A stretch of 64,000 bases of DNA from a virus: IMG/VR virus record IMGVR_UViG_3300023180_000050, positions 2,655 through 66,654 of that record; one strand, 5' to 3'. Below are positions 8,858 through 18,571 of the stretch, in pieces (within the stretch, counting starts at the first letter, position 1; each line of letters begins with the position of its first letter). A model generated the notes under the pieces. It made no database searches and was not told the DNA's origin. It saw nothing but the letters and a program-made list of their open reading frames with translations. The translations under genes and the position numbers were made by a program.

Positions 8858-11800
8858 ATGGCAAAGAAAATCAAACTGGATTTATCCCAATTTAAAGCAT
8901 CAGGAGTCTATACGCTGGAATTTGACGCATCGGAAAATGTAATTCTAACGTCACAGACTATCCGACTGGTGGTGGGATTTTCTAATAAAGGACCTTTTAA
9001 TGCTCCTGTGTATTTACCGGATGTAACTACAGCAGTAGCAGTTTTTGGAGAAATAGATAAAACATTAGAGGCTAAAGGATCATACTTCCACAGATCAATA
9101 TTCGCTTGTTTAAATACTGGCCCGGTGTTCGCACTTAACCTCTTAAGCTTAAATGATAACGTTGACAGCCCAACTGCTGACGTGGTAAATTATTTTGGAT
9201 ATTCTATTGATACTGAGCAATCTAATGGTGTATTGACTTCAAGATTGTATTCGTCCTTCTATAATAAAGAGAGATTTTGGTTTGCCGACACTAACTATTT
9301 CTTAGCAACCCTTTCAGCGGTCGACACTGGTAGATTATTCAACCTAGTTAATCTTGGAAAGGAAGCTTTAAGTGTCATCGTTAGGAAATCTACCGATGCT
9401 AACCCACCATTACAAGGTTTTGATGTTTTTGCACTTGATTGGTATGGAGCAGACAACGTTCCAAGTTTTATGCATCCTTATGATTATATCTCTGATTACT
9501 TCATAGACGTAATATCAGTATCTGGTGATTGGACCGATTATGAGACACTCTCGTTAGATCCTAAATGGAGTTCTTACTTTACCAGGAATGGTTTTATAAA
9601 AAGTCAGATTAACAACTTCCTTTCGCAGCCAGATGTAAACATTTTAACATCTACTACAGGGTGTTTAATCCCAGATTTCGTGGATTTGAATGGAAATAAC
9701 CAGTATATCCAAACCCTCATAAACAACAATACACCTTCTACAGGTCTATTCTGTGCAGTTGATGAGGATGCTATGGATGATATCTGTACTAATCCATATA
9801 AGATCGATCTTGTTGGGCACCACTTAATTGATGAGCTTACTGCTGATAGAGATATAGTTGATGCAAGATTAAATTTCTTGAGCTATGATCAGAACTTAAC
9901 TGCTGATTACCTATACACAAAGAATACTAACACCTTAGTAGACAACGCTACTGGTCCTTCTGGATCTACCCCAGATTCTATCAGAACTGGATCTTTATTT
10001 AGCTACTATTCTGCAACTGGTGCTACTGCTGGTGTTGAAGCTTCTGAGTTTGATGCTTATGATTCAAGTCTTAAGTATGGTGGTTTACACTACCTCGTAA
10101 CTAAAGGAGGTACTGCTGGAACCTTAACTTCAACGCAGAAAACTGAACTTAGAGAGTTTGCAACTCCTTCTGCCACAAGCAGCCCATACATCTTGGGTAA
10201 AGTGACCGGACTAAGTGGTTTAACTGGTTCCCTTATAAATCAATTCTCTGAGGGAGATCTTGTTAAACTAAGGATTGCCGGAATAACACAAACTTCTGGA
10301 AATCTATTATTTACCTGGACACACCCGCTCGATACTACTTCATATGCAGCTCAAGGCGTATCTGTAGTACCTTATTCAGATATGGTTGGTGCTACTGCAT
10401 CCCCTTACATTGGTGCTACCGGATATTACCAATTCGTTGCTTCAGATTTTCTTGATATAACTCAGGTTAATCCAGCAACCGGAGGTACAGCAGGAACCCC
10501 TAATAATGTACTTACTGGCCAACTTTCTACAAACTTCTACCAAGACCTTTTATATGGTGAATTGGAAGACGGAGATCAGATTTGGTTAAATGACACAGGA
10601 AGTTCTGTTAACTACCTTTCATACCAATCTACTGTTGATAGAGATCAATACCAAGTTTCTTATGCTAGAACCTTTAATAATATCTCTAGACAAAGCCCAG
10701 ACCAGTTAACAAACTACCCTGCATTTGGTACTGTGTATGCATCTGACAATATTGGTGCTCCTGTAAGTTCTGATAGAACTGATATTATTTCATCGGTTGG
10801 ATCGATCAACCAGTTTATTAGCGTGGTAACCCAAATTGATCCTACAAACTTTACAATATCATCTACTCCTTCATCCCCTATATCAGTTGGTGATTTGGTA
10901 GTATCTACGGATCTTGATATTTGTGAAACGGTCGGAAGTAATAGACAAAACAGATTGACAAAGGTAACTGCAGTCGCTCAAACTACTACTGCTAATGTAG
11001 TTCAGGTGACTACTGCTAGGCCAGTTTACTACTATGCTGGAAGCCCAATCCAAGTACAGAAGTTTAAATCAATACCTCAATTTACAAGGTCTTTTGATTT
11101 TACTTACCTGCAAGGATTTACCATGAGAGATTCTCATAGGCCAAATGGAACTGATGCTAGAGTTTCTGAATTGCTTGATGTAATGTACAATACAAACATT
11201 GCAGCAACCCTTGCTGCTAAGGATGTTATCTCCTTCAGATACATTGTAGATACGTTTAGCGGTCAAATCCTACCTAACTCAAAATACCAGTTAAGTAAAC
11301 TTGCAATGATGAGACAAAAGGCTTTGGCCCTTATCAATGCTCCTTCTATGAGTCAGTTTAGGGCATCAACAGATCCTAGGTTTACAGATGCACCTACACA
11401 AACTAACCCATATCCATCGCTGAAAGCACAATACATTGCAGAAGGTGGTAACCTTTCTCTGAATCCTTCTTACACATTCAGTTTACCAACGGAGGATCAG
11501 GGTGCTAAGTACGCAGCTTTCTATACTCCTTATTTGACATTAAGGGAAAACAATAGAAATATAAACGTACCTCCAGCAGCTTACATCTCTAACAACTTTG
11601 TGAGGAAGTTTGCTAATGGTGAGCCTTACAGCATTATTGCTGGTCAGAAAAGAGGGGTCATTTCGGGACAAAACTTAGTAGGGCTTGAATATGACTTTAC
11701 CGACACAGATAGAGGCTGGTTAGAGCCAGTAGGTCTTAACCCTATTATTAAGAAGAGAGGCCTTGGCGTGGTTGTGTTTGGAAACCAAACAGCATACCAA

Positions 11801-12154
11801 ACAGTTAACTCAGCATTTAATCTTGTACACGTTAGGGACCTTCTCATAAGTGTAGAGAACGATGTTGAAGAAATCATGGCTAACTACCTATTCGACTTCA
11901 ACGAGGATTCAATTAGGCTAGAGATTAAGACTCTGGTAGATAATTATCTCGATGGAGTTAGAGCCGGTGGTGGTATTTATGCTTATCAGGTAATTATGGA
12001 TTCTTCAAACAATCCTCCGTCAATCATCGACCAGAACATTGGTATAATTGATGTGATTATAGAACCTGCTAGAGGTATCCAGAAGTTCATTAACAGAATT
12101 ACTGTTACTAGAACTGGTGGTATCGCTGCTGGAGGCTTTATCCAATTTGCTTAA
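8858..12154 (+). CDS. gp18: Tail sheath protein
   Basis: N-terminal SGVYTLEFD..VVGFSNKGPFN and C-terminal VPPA..IAGQKRG..LNPI..VVFGNQT..VHVRDLL sheath signatures; large central insertion. Confidence 0.92.
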   Translation: MAKKIKLDLSQFKASGVYTLEFDASENVILTSQTIRLVVGFSNKGPFNAPVYLPDVTTAVAVFGEIDKTLEAKGSYFHRSIFACLNTGPVFALNLLSLNDNVDSPTADVVNYFGYSIDTEQSNGVLTSRLYSSFYNKERFWFADTNYFLATLSAVDTGRLFNLVNLGKEALSVIVRKSTDANPPLQGFDVFALDWYGADNVPSFMHPYDYISDYFIDVISVSGDWTDYETLSLDPKWSSYFTRNGFIKSQINNFLSQPDVNILTSTTGCLIPDFVDLNGNNQYIQTLINNNTPSTGLFCAVDEDAMDDICTNPYKIDLVGHHLIDELTADRDIVDARLNFLSYDQNLTADYLYTKNTNTLVDNATGPSGSTPDSIRTGSLFSYYSATGATAGVEASEFDAYDSSLKYGGLHYLVTKGGTAGTLTSTQKTELREFATPSATSSPYILGKVTGLSGLTGSLINQFSEGDLVKLRIAGITQTSGNLLFTWTHPLDTTSYAAQGVSVVPYSDMVGATASPYIGATGYYQFVASDFLDITQVNPATGGTAGTPNNVLTGQLSTNFYQDLLYGELEDGDQIWLNDTGSSVNYLSYQSTVDRDQYQVSYARTFNNISRQSPDQLTNYPAFGTVYASDNIGAPVSSDRTDIISSVGSINQFISVVTQIDPTNFTISSTPSSPISVGDLVVSTDLDICETVGSNRQNRLTKVTAVAQTTTANVVQVTTARPVYYYAGSPIQVQKFKSIPQFTRSFDFTYLQGFTMRDSHRPNGTDARVSELLDVMYNTNIAATLAAKDVISFRYIVDTFSGQILPNSKYQLSKLAMMRQKALALINAPSMSQFRASTDPRFTDAPTQTNPYPSLKAQYIAEGGNLSLNPSYTFSLPTEDQGAKYAAFYTPYLTLRENNRNINVPPAAYISNNFVRKFANGEPYSIIAGQKRGVISGQNLVGLEYDFTDTDRGWLEPVGLNPIIKKRGLGVVVFGNQTAYQTVNSAFNLVHVRDLLISVENDVEEIMANYLFDFNEDSIRLEIKTLVDNYLDGVRAGGGIYAYQVIMDSSNNPPSIIDQNIGIIDVIIEPARGIQKFINRITVTRTGGIAAGGFIQFA

Positions 12155-12203
12155 TTTGACAAAATAGAAAATTCGGATAAATATAAAAAAAGGATAGAAC
12201 TAA

Positions 12204-12758
12204 ATGGCTGGTTTACCCCATTATCAGAACTCAATAAACTCGGTAAATAAGTTTGAACCGGTTTTCCTCAATCAATTTGAGGTAAACGTTATACCTCCCG
12301 CAGCAGTTGCTGGTGGTCCGGTTCTTCTTGAGCACGTGATTTCTGTTGATGGATTAGAGGTTGATAAAAACCCAAATTTCGTTGCACAGAAGTACAAGTT
12401 TGCCAAAAGGAATTATGCTGGAGGTAAGCCCGACACAACTACTCTTGACCTTGGATTGAAATTCACTGTCAACCTTGATGATGCTAACTCCATGTATGTT
12501 TTTAAAACACTTAGGCAGTGGACGGATTTAATATACAATCCACTAACCGGTGCACAAGGTATCAAGGCAGATTATACCGGAACAATTGTAGTTTCTGTCT
12601 TTAACAAAAATGGAGAAGTTTTTAGAAGGATTACTTTAAAAGATTGCTTCCCGCTAAAAGCAATCGACCCAATGGAATTAACATACATCGACGGAAGTAC
12701 TCTGTACGAGATCAGCATGGTTTGGGCGGTTGATTACTGGGATGATCTTTTCTTATAA
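12204..12758 (+). CDS. gp19: Tail tube protein (copy 1)
   Basis: Follows the sheath; NQFEV..YAGG..LRQW..YNPLTG..LKDCFP..DYW tube pattern; GATAAATA variant promoter at 12176. Confidence 0.8.
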   Translation: MAGLPHYQNSINSVNKFEPVFLNQFEVNVIPPAAVAGGPVLLEHVISVDGLEVDKNPNFVAQKYKFAKRNYAGGKPDTTTLDLGLKFTVNLDDANSMYVFKTLRQWTDLIYNPLTGAQGIKADYTGTIVVSVFNKNGEVFRRITLKDCFPLKAIDPMELTYIDGSTLYEISMVWAVDYWDDLFL

Positions 12759-12772
12759 AATAAAAAAAGTAG

Positions 12773-13351
12773 ATGGCAGGTTTACCACATTTTAATAATT
12801 CAAAGGCAGCAAGAAATAACTACGAGCCGGTTTTCTTAAACCAGTTTGAAGTCTTGATTACTCCTCCAAATGGTATAAATCTAGCGAACACTACCTTCAA
12901 GGGGGAAAACATCCTTACACAACAGGTAAAGAACATTTCTGCTTTGCAAGTAGATCTACAGCCTGCAGATGCGGTTACACAATACTACAAGTTTGCTGAG
13001 AGAAGGTATGCTGGAGGTGAGCCTTCAACTTCGGATGTTCAGTTTACTATGGATTTTGAAGTAAACCTTGATGACGACAATTCTATGACCCTTTATAAAA
13101 TCTTAAGACAATGGTCAGATCTGATTTACAACCCACTCACTGGGGCTATGGGTCTGAAAAGGGATTATGTTGGTTCTATGGTGGTTTCTATATTTAATAA
13201 ACAGGGTGATGTGTTTAGAAGAATTACTTTGAATAATTGCTTCCTGGTTGAAGCTATCAATCCGATGCCACTATCTTATGATTCTGGAGACGCTCTTTAC
13301 ACCATTTCTACAACTTGGAAGTCTGATTACTGGAACGATCTGTTCTTATAA
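12773..13351 (+). CDS. gp19: Tail tube protein (copy 2, paralogue)
   Basis: Shares MAGLPH, EPVFLNQFEV, LRQW.DLIYNPLTGA.G, VFRRITL and DYW.DLFL with copy 1. Confidence 0.8.
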   Translation: MAGLPHFNNSKAARNNYEPVFLNQFEVLITPPNGINLANTTFKGENILTQQVKNISALQVDLQPADAVTQYYKFAERRYAGGEPSTSDVQFTMDFEVNLDDDNSMTLYKILRQWSDLIYNPLTGAMGLKRDYVGSMVVSIFNKQGDVFRRITLNNCFLVEAINPMPLSYDSGDALYTISTTWKSDYWNDLFL

Positions 13352-13353
13352 TC

Positions 13354-13382
13354 GGAACTTAATTCCTTCTATTTTCTATAAT
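13354..13382 (+). promoter_or_regulatory. Putative phage-sigma promoter GGAAC-N17-CTATAAT
   Basis: One of eight intergenic copies of G(G/A)AAC with a TA-rich -10 box 16-17 nt downstream. Confidence 0.6.
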
Positions 13383-13426
13383 TTATGGTTTTTGTACCCT
13401 TGTGGTATATAAAGAAAATTGTGAAC

Positions 13427-14452
13427 ATGTCGGATAAAAATCTATCGCCCGAAGAAATACTAAGAGAAAAAGAGATCGCTGGTGGAATTGTTTATGATGA
13501 CCCTAGCGGGTTGAATTTAGATACTGATCTTTCTGATAACGTGTACAACGAAACAGTAAAGGAATCTACACCAAACAATCAGCAAACTCCTTCTATTGAA
13601 CCTGAAGAAACAAAGCCATTAGAGCTTGGTTGGAAAAATTTACCAGTTGGCATGCTTCCTTCAAAAGGTCTTTTTTATCCGGATGGCTCTAGGATAGCGA
13701 TCAGACCTGCTGAGGTTAAAGAAATCAGACAATTCTCAACGATTGATGAGGACGATATGCTCGATATAGATGATAAGTTAAACTTTATATTGGACTCTTG
13801 CTGTCGTATTAAATTTGGCGAGGGTGTTGTTTCTTACAAAGATCTCAAGCAGGAAGATAGGTTTTTTATAATTATGGCAATAAGGGATTTAACTTTTGTC
13901 AAAGGTGAGAATCGGATCATTGTTAGTCCAGAGGGCGGATGTAGCACTAGAGGATGTGATGGGATGGAAGGTATCGAACTTAGGACCGGCGTTTTAAGTA
14001 ACTATGAAATTCTTGAGGAGCTTACGAAATTCTATTCGCACTCTGAAAGATGTTTTATCTTTCCTATTAAAAGGATTGGTAAAACAATTAAGATGTCTCC
14101 TCCCTCTATAGGAGTGACCAAAGCTATATCTTCCTTTGTAAGAGATGCTGTAAAGAAAGGGGATGAGGTAGATCAAAGCTTCATTAAGATTGCACCATTT
14201 TATTTAGAAGAGTGGCGAGGTCTTGACTATTTTAAAATCAAGGAAGCCATGATAACTTCTTCGGAGGAATGGACCAAGGAGGAGTTTTCTGCATACTTTG
14301 AGCTTGCTGAAAGGATAAAGATTGGTACTAACCTAAAAATTAAAGTCAGGTGTGACGCTTGCGGTGATGGGGAGGTCACCGCCCCAATCTACTTTCCCTC
14401 CGGGTTCAGATCTCTTTTCGTTATTTCAGATATCTTTAGAGAATTATTTTGA
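13427..14452 (+). CDS. Baseplate hub assembly protein (gp26-like)
   Basis: LPSKGLFYP..IRPAEVKE, Cys pairs (CSTRGC, CDAC); located after the tail tubes. Confidence 0.65.
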   Translation: MSDKNLSPEEILREKEIAGGIVYDDPSGLNLDTDLSDNVYNETVKESTPNNQQTPSIEPEETKPLELGWKNLPVGMLPSKGLFYPDGSRIAIRPAEVKEIRQFSTIDEDDMLDIDDKLNFILDSCCRIKFGEGVVSYKDLKQEDRFFIIMAIRDLTFVKGENRIIVSPEGGCSTRGCDGMEGIELRTGVLSNYEILEELTKFYSHSERCFIFPIKRIGKTIKMSPPSIGVTKAISSFVRDAVKKGDEVDQSFIKIAPFYLEEWRGLDYFKIKEAMITSSEEWTKEEFSAYFELAERIKIGTNLKIKVRCDACGDGEVTAPIYFPSGFRSLFVISDIFRELF

Positions 14453-14624
14453 TCTTAAATTTAGAATGTGGAAAGAGCATGGACTCGATCCAGCTTGGAT
14501 AGAATCCATTCCTTTTTATGAATATCAAATTTGGCTTGATAAGCTAAATGATGCTGTAGAAAAACAAAACAAGAAAAATCTAGAAGATAGCGGACAGACG
14601 GAGGTCTTTAGCTTTAGTAAGTGA
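14352..14624 (+). CDS. Small baseplate/tail assembly protein (gp51-like); start uncertain
   Basis: LENYFDLKFRMWKEHGLDPAWIESIPFYEYQIW resembles the short ORF that follows gp26 in T4-like phages; overlaps the 3' end of the gp26-like gene. Confidence 0.55.
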   Translation: MTLAVMGRSPPQSTFPPGSDLFSLFQISLENYFDLKFRMWKEHGLDPAWIESIPFYEYQIWLDKLNDAVEKQNKKNLEDSGQTEVFSFSK

Positions 14625-14668
14625 TTTTAGTTTTCTGGGATATATAATTGGAAATAAAATATCCCTCT

Positions 14669-15976
14669 GTGGCTGATTCTAATAAACTACTTAAAGAACT
14701 TAGTAATCTAAGTAGCAACTTTGATTCCCTTTACCAGGAACTAAAAGCTTCTACCCAAGCAAATACCGATTCATCAAATGAGGTGAAGAATCTTATTGCT
14801 GAGGTGAGGAAGGGAAATTCTTTGGGAGATGGCGATCTGAAGGGAGTATTTGAGGGTTTTACAAAATCCCTTTCCAAAACAATTGCTGACCAAAACGATC
14901 AAATACTTAACGGTTTAACTGATAAGATATCTCAATCCTTTTCTGGCTCTGTTTCAAATTTTCTTGGTAAAGTCCCACAACAGATAGCTCAAGTAAAAGC
15001 TGGTAATATGCCAGATTTCAAATCCATATTAGGTGGTAATTCTATAAAAGGGATAGTATCTAATGCAGCTTCCCGCATACCTGGTTTGGCAGATGGTGGA
15101 ACTGTAGAGAGTAGCGGTATAGCAGTTGTTGGTGAGAAGGGACCTGAATTGGTAGAATTGAAATCAGGGGACAAGGTAAGAACCAAAGAAGAGCAACTGA
15201 TGGAGATGCTACTTGAGGAGGAAAGGGCAAAAAACGAAAAACTAGGTCGTGTAAGAAGGACTGGTCCAACCGAAGAAGAGGTAGAAGCTTATCGCCAGGA
15301 ACTATTGGCTGAGGATCCTGAATTTTTTTCAGATCCTGTAGAATTACAGGAGGAGCTAGATTGGTTTAGGTCCCAACAAGGTTATGAACTAGAAACCAGA
15401 GAGACATTTAGTCCTGCTGATCTTAAAAAACTTAGTGAACCCGTAATACCAAAAGAAGCTAGTGTTACAAAGAACACTCCTGAATTGAGCCAGGTGAAGG
15501 AAGTTAAGGAAACCCCAGATTTAAAAGAGGAGGACAAAAAGGAAAAATCTGGTAAGTTTAAGGATTTTTTGTCTGGAGTAACTAGCAAAGCTAAGGAAAA
15601 ATTAGAAGAAGCTAAGGCTAAGGGAAAAGCAAACCTTCAAAGCAGTGTTGCAGAGTTAAAGGAAAAGAATCCAATTAACCAGCTTAAATCTGACGCTGAA
15701 AACATCAAGTCACAGATACAAGAAAGCGTTGCTTCCATAAAAGGAATGTCTGGAAATTCCACTTCCAAACCCGTTGAGCAAAAAGTAACTGCAGTTAAAG
15801 AGCCAAAGAAGACAAGAGGTTCGTCTTCTAGTTCTAATGCTAGCGGGGATTCTTCTATGTCATCGTCTGACATAAAAGAGATGAAAGGACTTTTAGCAGC
15901 TATATACCAGGCATTAAGATCTCCTCTAACAATTGCCAATGATGTGCCTTTTAGGCCAAACTCCAACAATTTCTAA
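14669..15976 (+). CDS. Tape-measure-like/baseplate hub protein
   Basis: PGLADGGTV..VVGEKGPELV motif typical of tape-measure proteins; helical and K/E-rich; GATATATA at 14639; probable GTG start at 14669. Confidence 0.5.
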   Translation: MADSNKLLKELSNLSSNFDSLYQELKASTQANTDSSNEVKNLIAEVRKGNSLGDGDLKGVFEGFTKSLSKTIADQNDQILNGLTDKISQSFSGSVSNFLGKVPQQIAQVKAGNMPDFKSILGGNSIKGIVSNAASRIPGLADGGTVESSGIAVVGEKGPELVELKSGDKVRTKEEQLMEMLLEEERAKNEKLGRVRRTGPTEEEVEAYRQELLAEDPEFFSDPVELQEELDWFRSQQGYELETRETFSPADLKKLSEPVIPKEASVTKNTPELSQVKEVKETPDLKEEDKKEKSGKFKDFLSGVTSKAKEKLEEAKAKGKANLQSSVAELKEKNPINQLKSDAENIKSQIQESVASIKGMSGNSTSKPVEQKVTAVKEPKKTRGSSSSSNASGDSSMSSSDIKEMKGLLAAIYQALRSPLTIANDVPFRPNSNNF

Positions 15977-15993
15977 CAATTGTTTATAAGTTC

Positions 15994-16027
15994 ATTTTTT
16001 CCCAACGCCGGGAAATCTTATATTTGT
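15994..16027 (+). promoter_or_regulatory. Bacteroidota-type housekeeping (early) promoter, -7 TAnnTTTG
   Basis: TATATTTG at 16019-16026 with the upstream ATTTTT/CG pattern also seen at 30282 and 37371. Confidence 0.65.
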
Positions 16028-16059
16028 TTCACAACTACCTTTTTAAGCCGGAACTGTCC

Positions 16060-16620
16060 ATGGAAGAAACGTTTATAAATTCTGAATTATTCTTTTCGCA
16101 AGAGTCTTCAGCACAAGGGGATTATTGGATTGCCAAACCCTCTCTTAACAAAGTTGCAACCTCAGAAAACAATTTTGATGAAATAAGCGAAACCTTTTAT
16201 TCTTTAAAGGATAGGAAGATGGACAGGGTCTATCTAGAAATGGCAAAGGTGTGGGCAACAAATTCTTACTGTGAGCGAATGAAGGTAGGTAGCTTAATAG
16301 TAAAGGATAAGTCAATCATCTCTGACGGGTATAACGGAGCTCCTACTGGATTTCCTAATATTTGCGAAGATGCTTCCCACGTAACGCTTCCACATGTACT
16401 CCATGCAGAAGCTAATGCAATTACTAAATTGGCCAAGAGCACACAAAGCTCGGACGGATCTACACTTTATGTTACGGTCTCTCCGTGTTTTGAATGCTCT
16501 AAACTGATTATACAGAGCGGAATAAAAAGGTTAGTATTTAAGGAGTTATATAGAAAACTTGAATCACTCAAGTTTTTATTTGACGCCGGTATTGAGCTTG
16601 TTAGGTTAAATAATAAATAG
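16060..16620 (+). CDS. cd: dCMP deaminase
   Basis: HAEANAI and SPCFECSK zinc motifs; KVG..IV..IISDGYNG. Confidence 0.92.
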   Translation: MEETFINSELFFSQESSAQGDYWIAKPSLNKVATSENNFDEISETFYSLKDRKMDRVYLEMAKVWATNSYCERMKVGSLIVKDKSIISDGYNGAPTGFPNICEDASHVTLPHVLHAEANAITKLAKSTQSSDGSTLYVTVSPCFECSKLIIQSGIKRLVFKELYRKLESLKFLFDAGIELVRLNNK

Positions 16621-16652
16621 GAGGTTAAAAAGGGAAATTACAAAGGGGAAAA

Positions 16653-17270
16653 ATGGCAAAAGAAAAAAATATACAAGTCTTGGCTGAAAGCTTCATTCAG
16701 ACCAGGGGCGAAAGAGAGTTCAGACCTCTCTACGAAAGAGTAAAACCAGGGGTATTAAATCATTGTTACGGGATTCTTAAAGATTTTGAATTGGCAGAAG
16801 ATGCCTTTTTGAATGCAATGTCAAAGGTCTGGCAGAAGATTGACCAATATGACAGCAGCAGGGGTAATTTTTCAACGTGGTGTTATAATATTGCTAGAAA
16901 TGAATCTCTTCTGCTTCTAAAAAGTAGGAAAAGGTATATTTCTCAGACATCCGAAGAAATGGAATACACCTCAGCAAAGGCCGAGGAAAAAAATCCATCG
17001 TATGATATAGAGGATGATCCTCTTTGGGAATTTTTATGTGGCGGAAATGATATTGATGACGTGTATGAGCAAGTTATTGATGAGATAAAGGAACTTCCTG
17101 ATATCTATAGGGATATAATGATTGATCGCGAGATTAATGGTATGAAATACAAAGATATCGCAGACAAGTACAATATTAAAAAGAGATCTATTGCTACTAG
17201 AATACGTAGGGCCAGGACCAAAATTCGTAAGAAAATGGAGGATGCAATGGGAAAATCTGATTTTAAGTGA
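16653..17270 (+). CDS. RNA polymerase sigma factor, ECF (group 4 sigma-70)
   Basis: Region 2 LAEDAF..KVW..IDQYD..FSTWCYNIARN; region 4 LPDIYR..MKYKDIA..IATRIRRAR. Confidence 0.9.
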   Translation: MAKEKNIQVLAESFIQTRGEREFRPLYERVKPGVLNHCYGILKDFELAEDAFLNAMSKVWQKIDQYDSSRGNFSTWCYNIARNESLLLLKSRKRYISQTSEEMEYTSAKAEEKNPSYDIEDDPLWEFLCGGNDIDDVYEQVIDEIKELPDIYRDIMIDREINGMKYKDIADKYNIKKRSIATRIRRARTKIRKKMEDAMGKSDFK

Positions 17271-17731
17271 TGTGGAATATATTAGCAATATTTAGAATTT
17301 TCAAAGTTCTCAAGGAGCTGAGAATCTATTCGCAGTATAGGTCTACCGTGAAAGAGGAAAGCATGAATTCCCCCTTTTGGACAAGGCTTAGACTTAGATA
17401 TGATTGGTTTAGAAGAATTTATACTGTGGTTAATTTACCACCCGAGGTTACAATGTCTCGTGAGTTTCCGGTAGATGCTAGGCCTGCATACGTTTTTGAA
17501 GAGCTTAAAGGAGTAAATGATTATCTTACCAAACTAAATCTCCAGGAGGTAATTACACCAGTCCTTAAGCCAATCCCAGAAACAAATGGGGATTCTTATT
17601 TGGTTGTATATTATTTCTTTTTCCGATACCTTTCATGGATATGGATATTTAGATTTATTCTAGAGGTGGTTGGAATTATATTGTTGGTTGTTAAGTGGAA
17701 TTTTTTGATAAGCTATTTTGGATTTGGATAA
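17267..17731 (+). CDS. Hypothetical membrane-anchored protein
   Basis: ORF overlapping both neighbours; hydrophobic C-terminal segment. Confidence 0.6.
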   Translation: MMWNILAIFRIFKVLKELRIYSQYRSTVKEESMNSPFWTRLRLRYDWFRRIYTVVNLPPEVTMSREFPVDARPAYVFEELKGVNDYLTKLNLQEVITPVLKPIPETNGDSYLVVYYFFFRYLSWIWIFRFILEVVGIILLVVKWNFLISYFGFG

Positions 17732-18530
17732 TATAGAGAAAGTAAAAGAAGACTACCAGAGAAAGCTAGACATATTCAAGGATCCCAAATTCATATTTAA
17801 CGAGTCAGCTCACACGTATCATTTTGATGGTATAAAATATGACTCGGTTACAACGTTTCTAAGGATATTCAAAACCCCCTTTGACCGGATGTACTGGGCT
17901 AAAAGGAAGGCTAGGGAGAGGGGAATAGAAGTTGACGAGATACTAAATGAATGGCAGGAGAAAGCAAACATAGCTAATTCTCTGGGAACGGAGGTCCATA
18001 AATGGATTGAAGACTACTGGTCTGGACTAGATCCTGAAATTCCGGAAGATGACGACGTTAGAGATAGGGTTGAAAAATTCCTGCTTTTAAAGGAGGAGAG
18101 GTTTAGTGATCTTGTTCCCCTTGAATCGGAGCTTAAGTTATTTTCCAAAAAATGGAGACTTGCTGGAACAGCCGACCAACCTTTCCTCATGTGGGACAAG
18201 AAGCAAGATAAAATTTTATTTTTAATCGGGGACTGGAAAACTAATAAGGAATTTAAGGATGATAAACACCCAAAGGGTAGATTCAAAAAGCTTCTACATC
18301 CATTTGCTGACCTTTATGAAAATTCGCATAATGAGTATTCCATACAGATTAGTTTGTATAGATTGATCATAGAGGAAGAAACCGGTTTGGAAACGCACGG
18401 GGGTTTTCTTTGTCATATCGGACCCCAGGATAAACCTAAGTTATATCCAGTAAAAGATTTGCGGGAAAGACTCAAGATATATTTACAGCATAACAGGGAA
18501 GAATTCGATGTTTTCGACATCTCTGAGTGA
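17718..18530 (+). CDS. PD-(D/E)XK exonuclease (Cas4/RecB-like phage nuclease)
   Basis: HTY..SVTT, GTEVH, E..LAGTAD..GDWKT, YSIQISLY motifs. Confidence 0.8.
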   Translation: MDLDNIEKVKEDYQRKLDIFKDPKFIFNESAHTYHFDGIKYDSVTTFLRIFKTPFDRMYWAKRKARERGIEVDEILNEWQEKANIANSLGTEVHKWIEDYWSGLDPEIPEDDDVRDRVEKFLLLKEERFSDLVPLESELKLFSKKWRLAGTADQPFLMWDKKQDKILFLIGDWKTNKEFKDDKHPKGRFKKLLHPFADLYENSHNEYSIQISLYRLIIEEETGLETHGGFLCHIGPQDKPKLYPVKDLRERLKIYLQHNREEFDVFDISE

Positions 18531-18571
18531 AACATTATTGTTTAAGCAACTAAAAAATAAAAAGAAATCAA

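Noticed and set aside
8858-15976. Bacterial contractile injection system (eCIS/tailocin) because of the two tube genes
   Set aside because: Capsid, portal, terminase and replication genes in the same window show a complete phage.
17718-18530. Cas4-like nuclease as evidence of a CRISPR-Cas system
   Set aside because: No Fe-S cysteine set, no other cas genes and no array; stand-alone PD-(D/E)XK exonucleases are common in phages.
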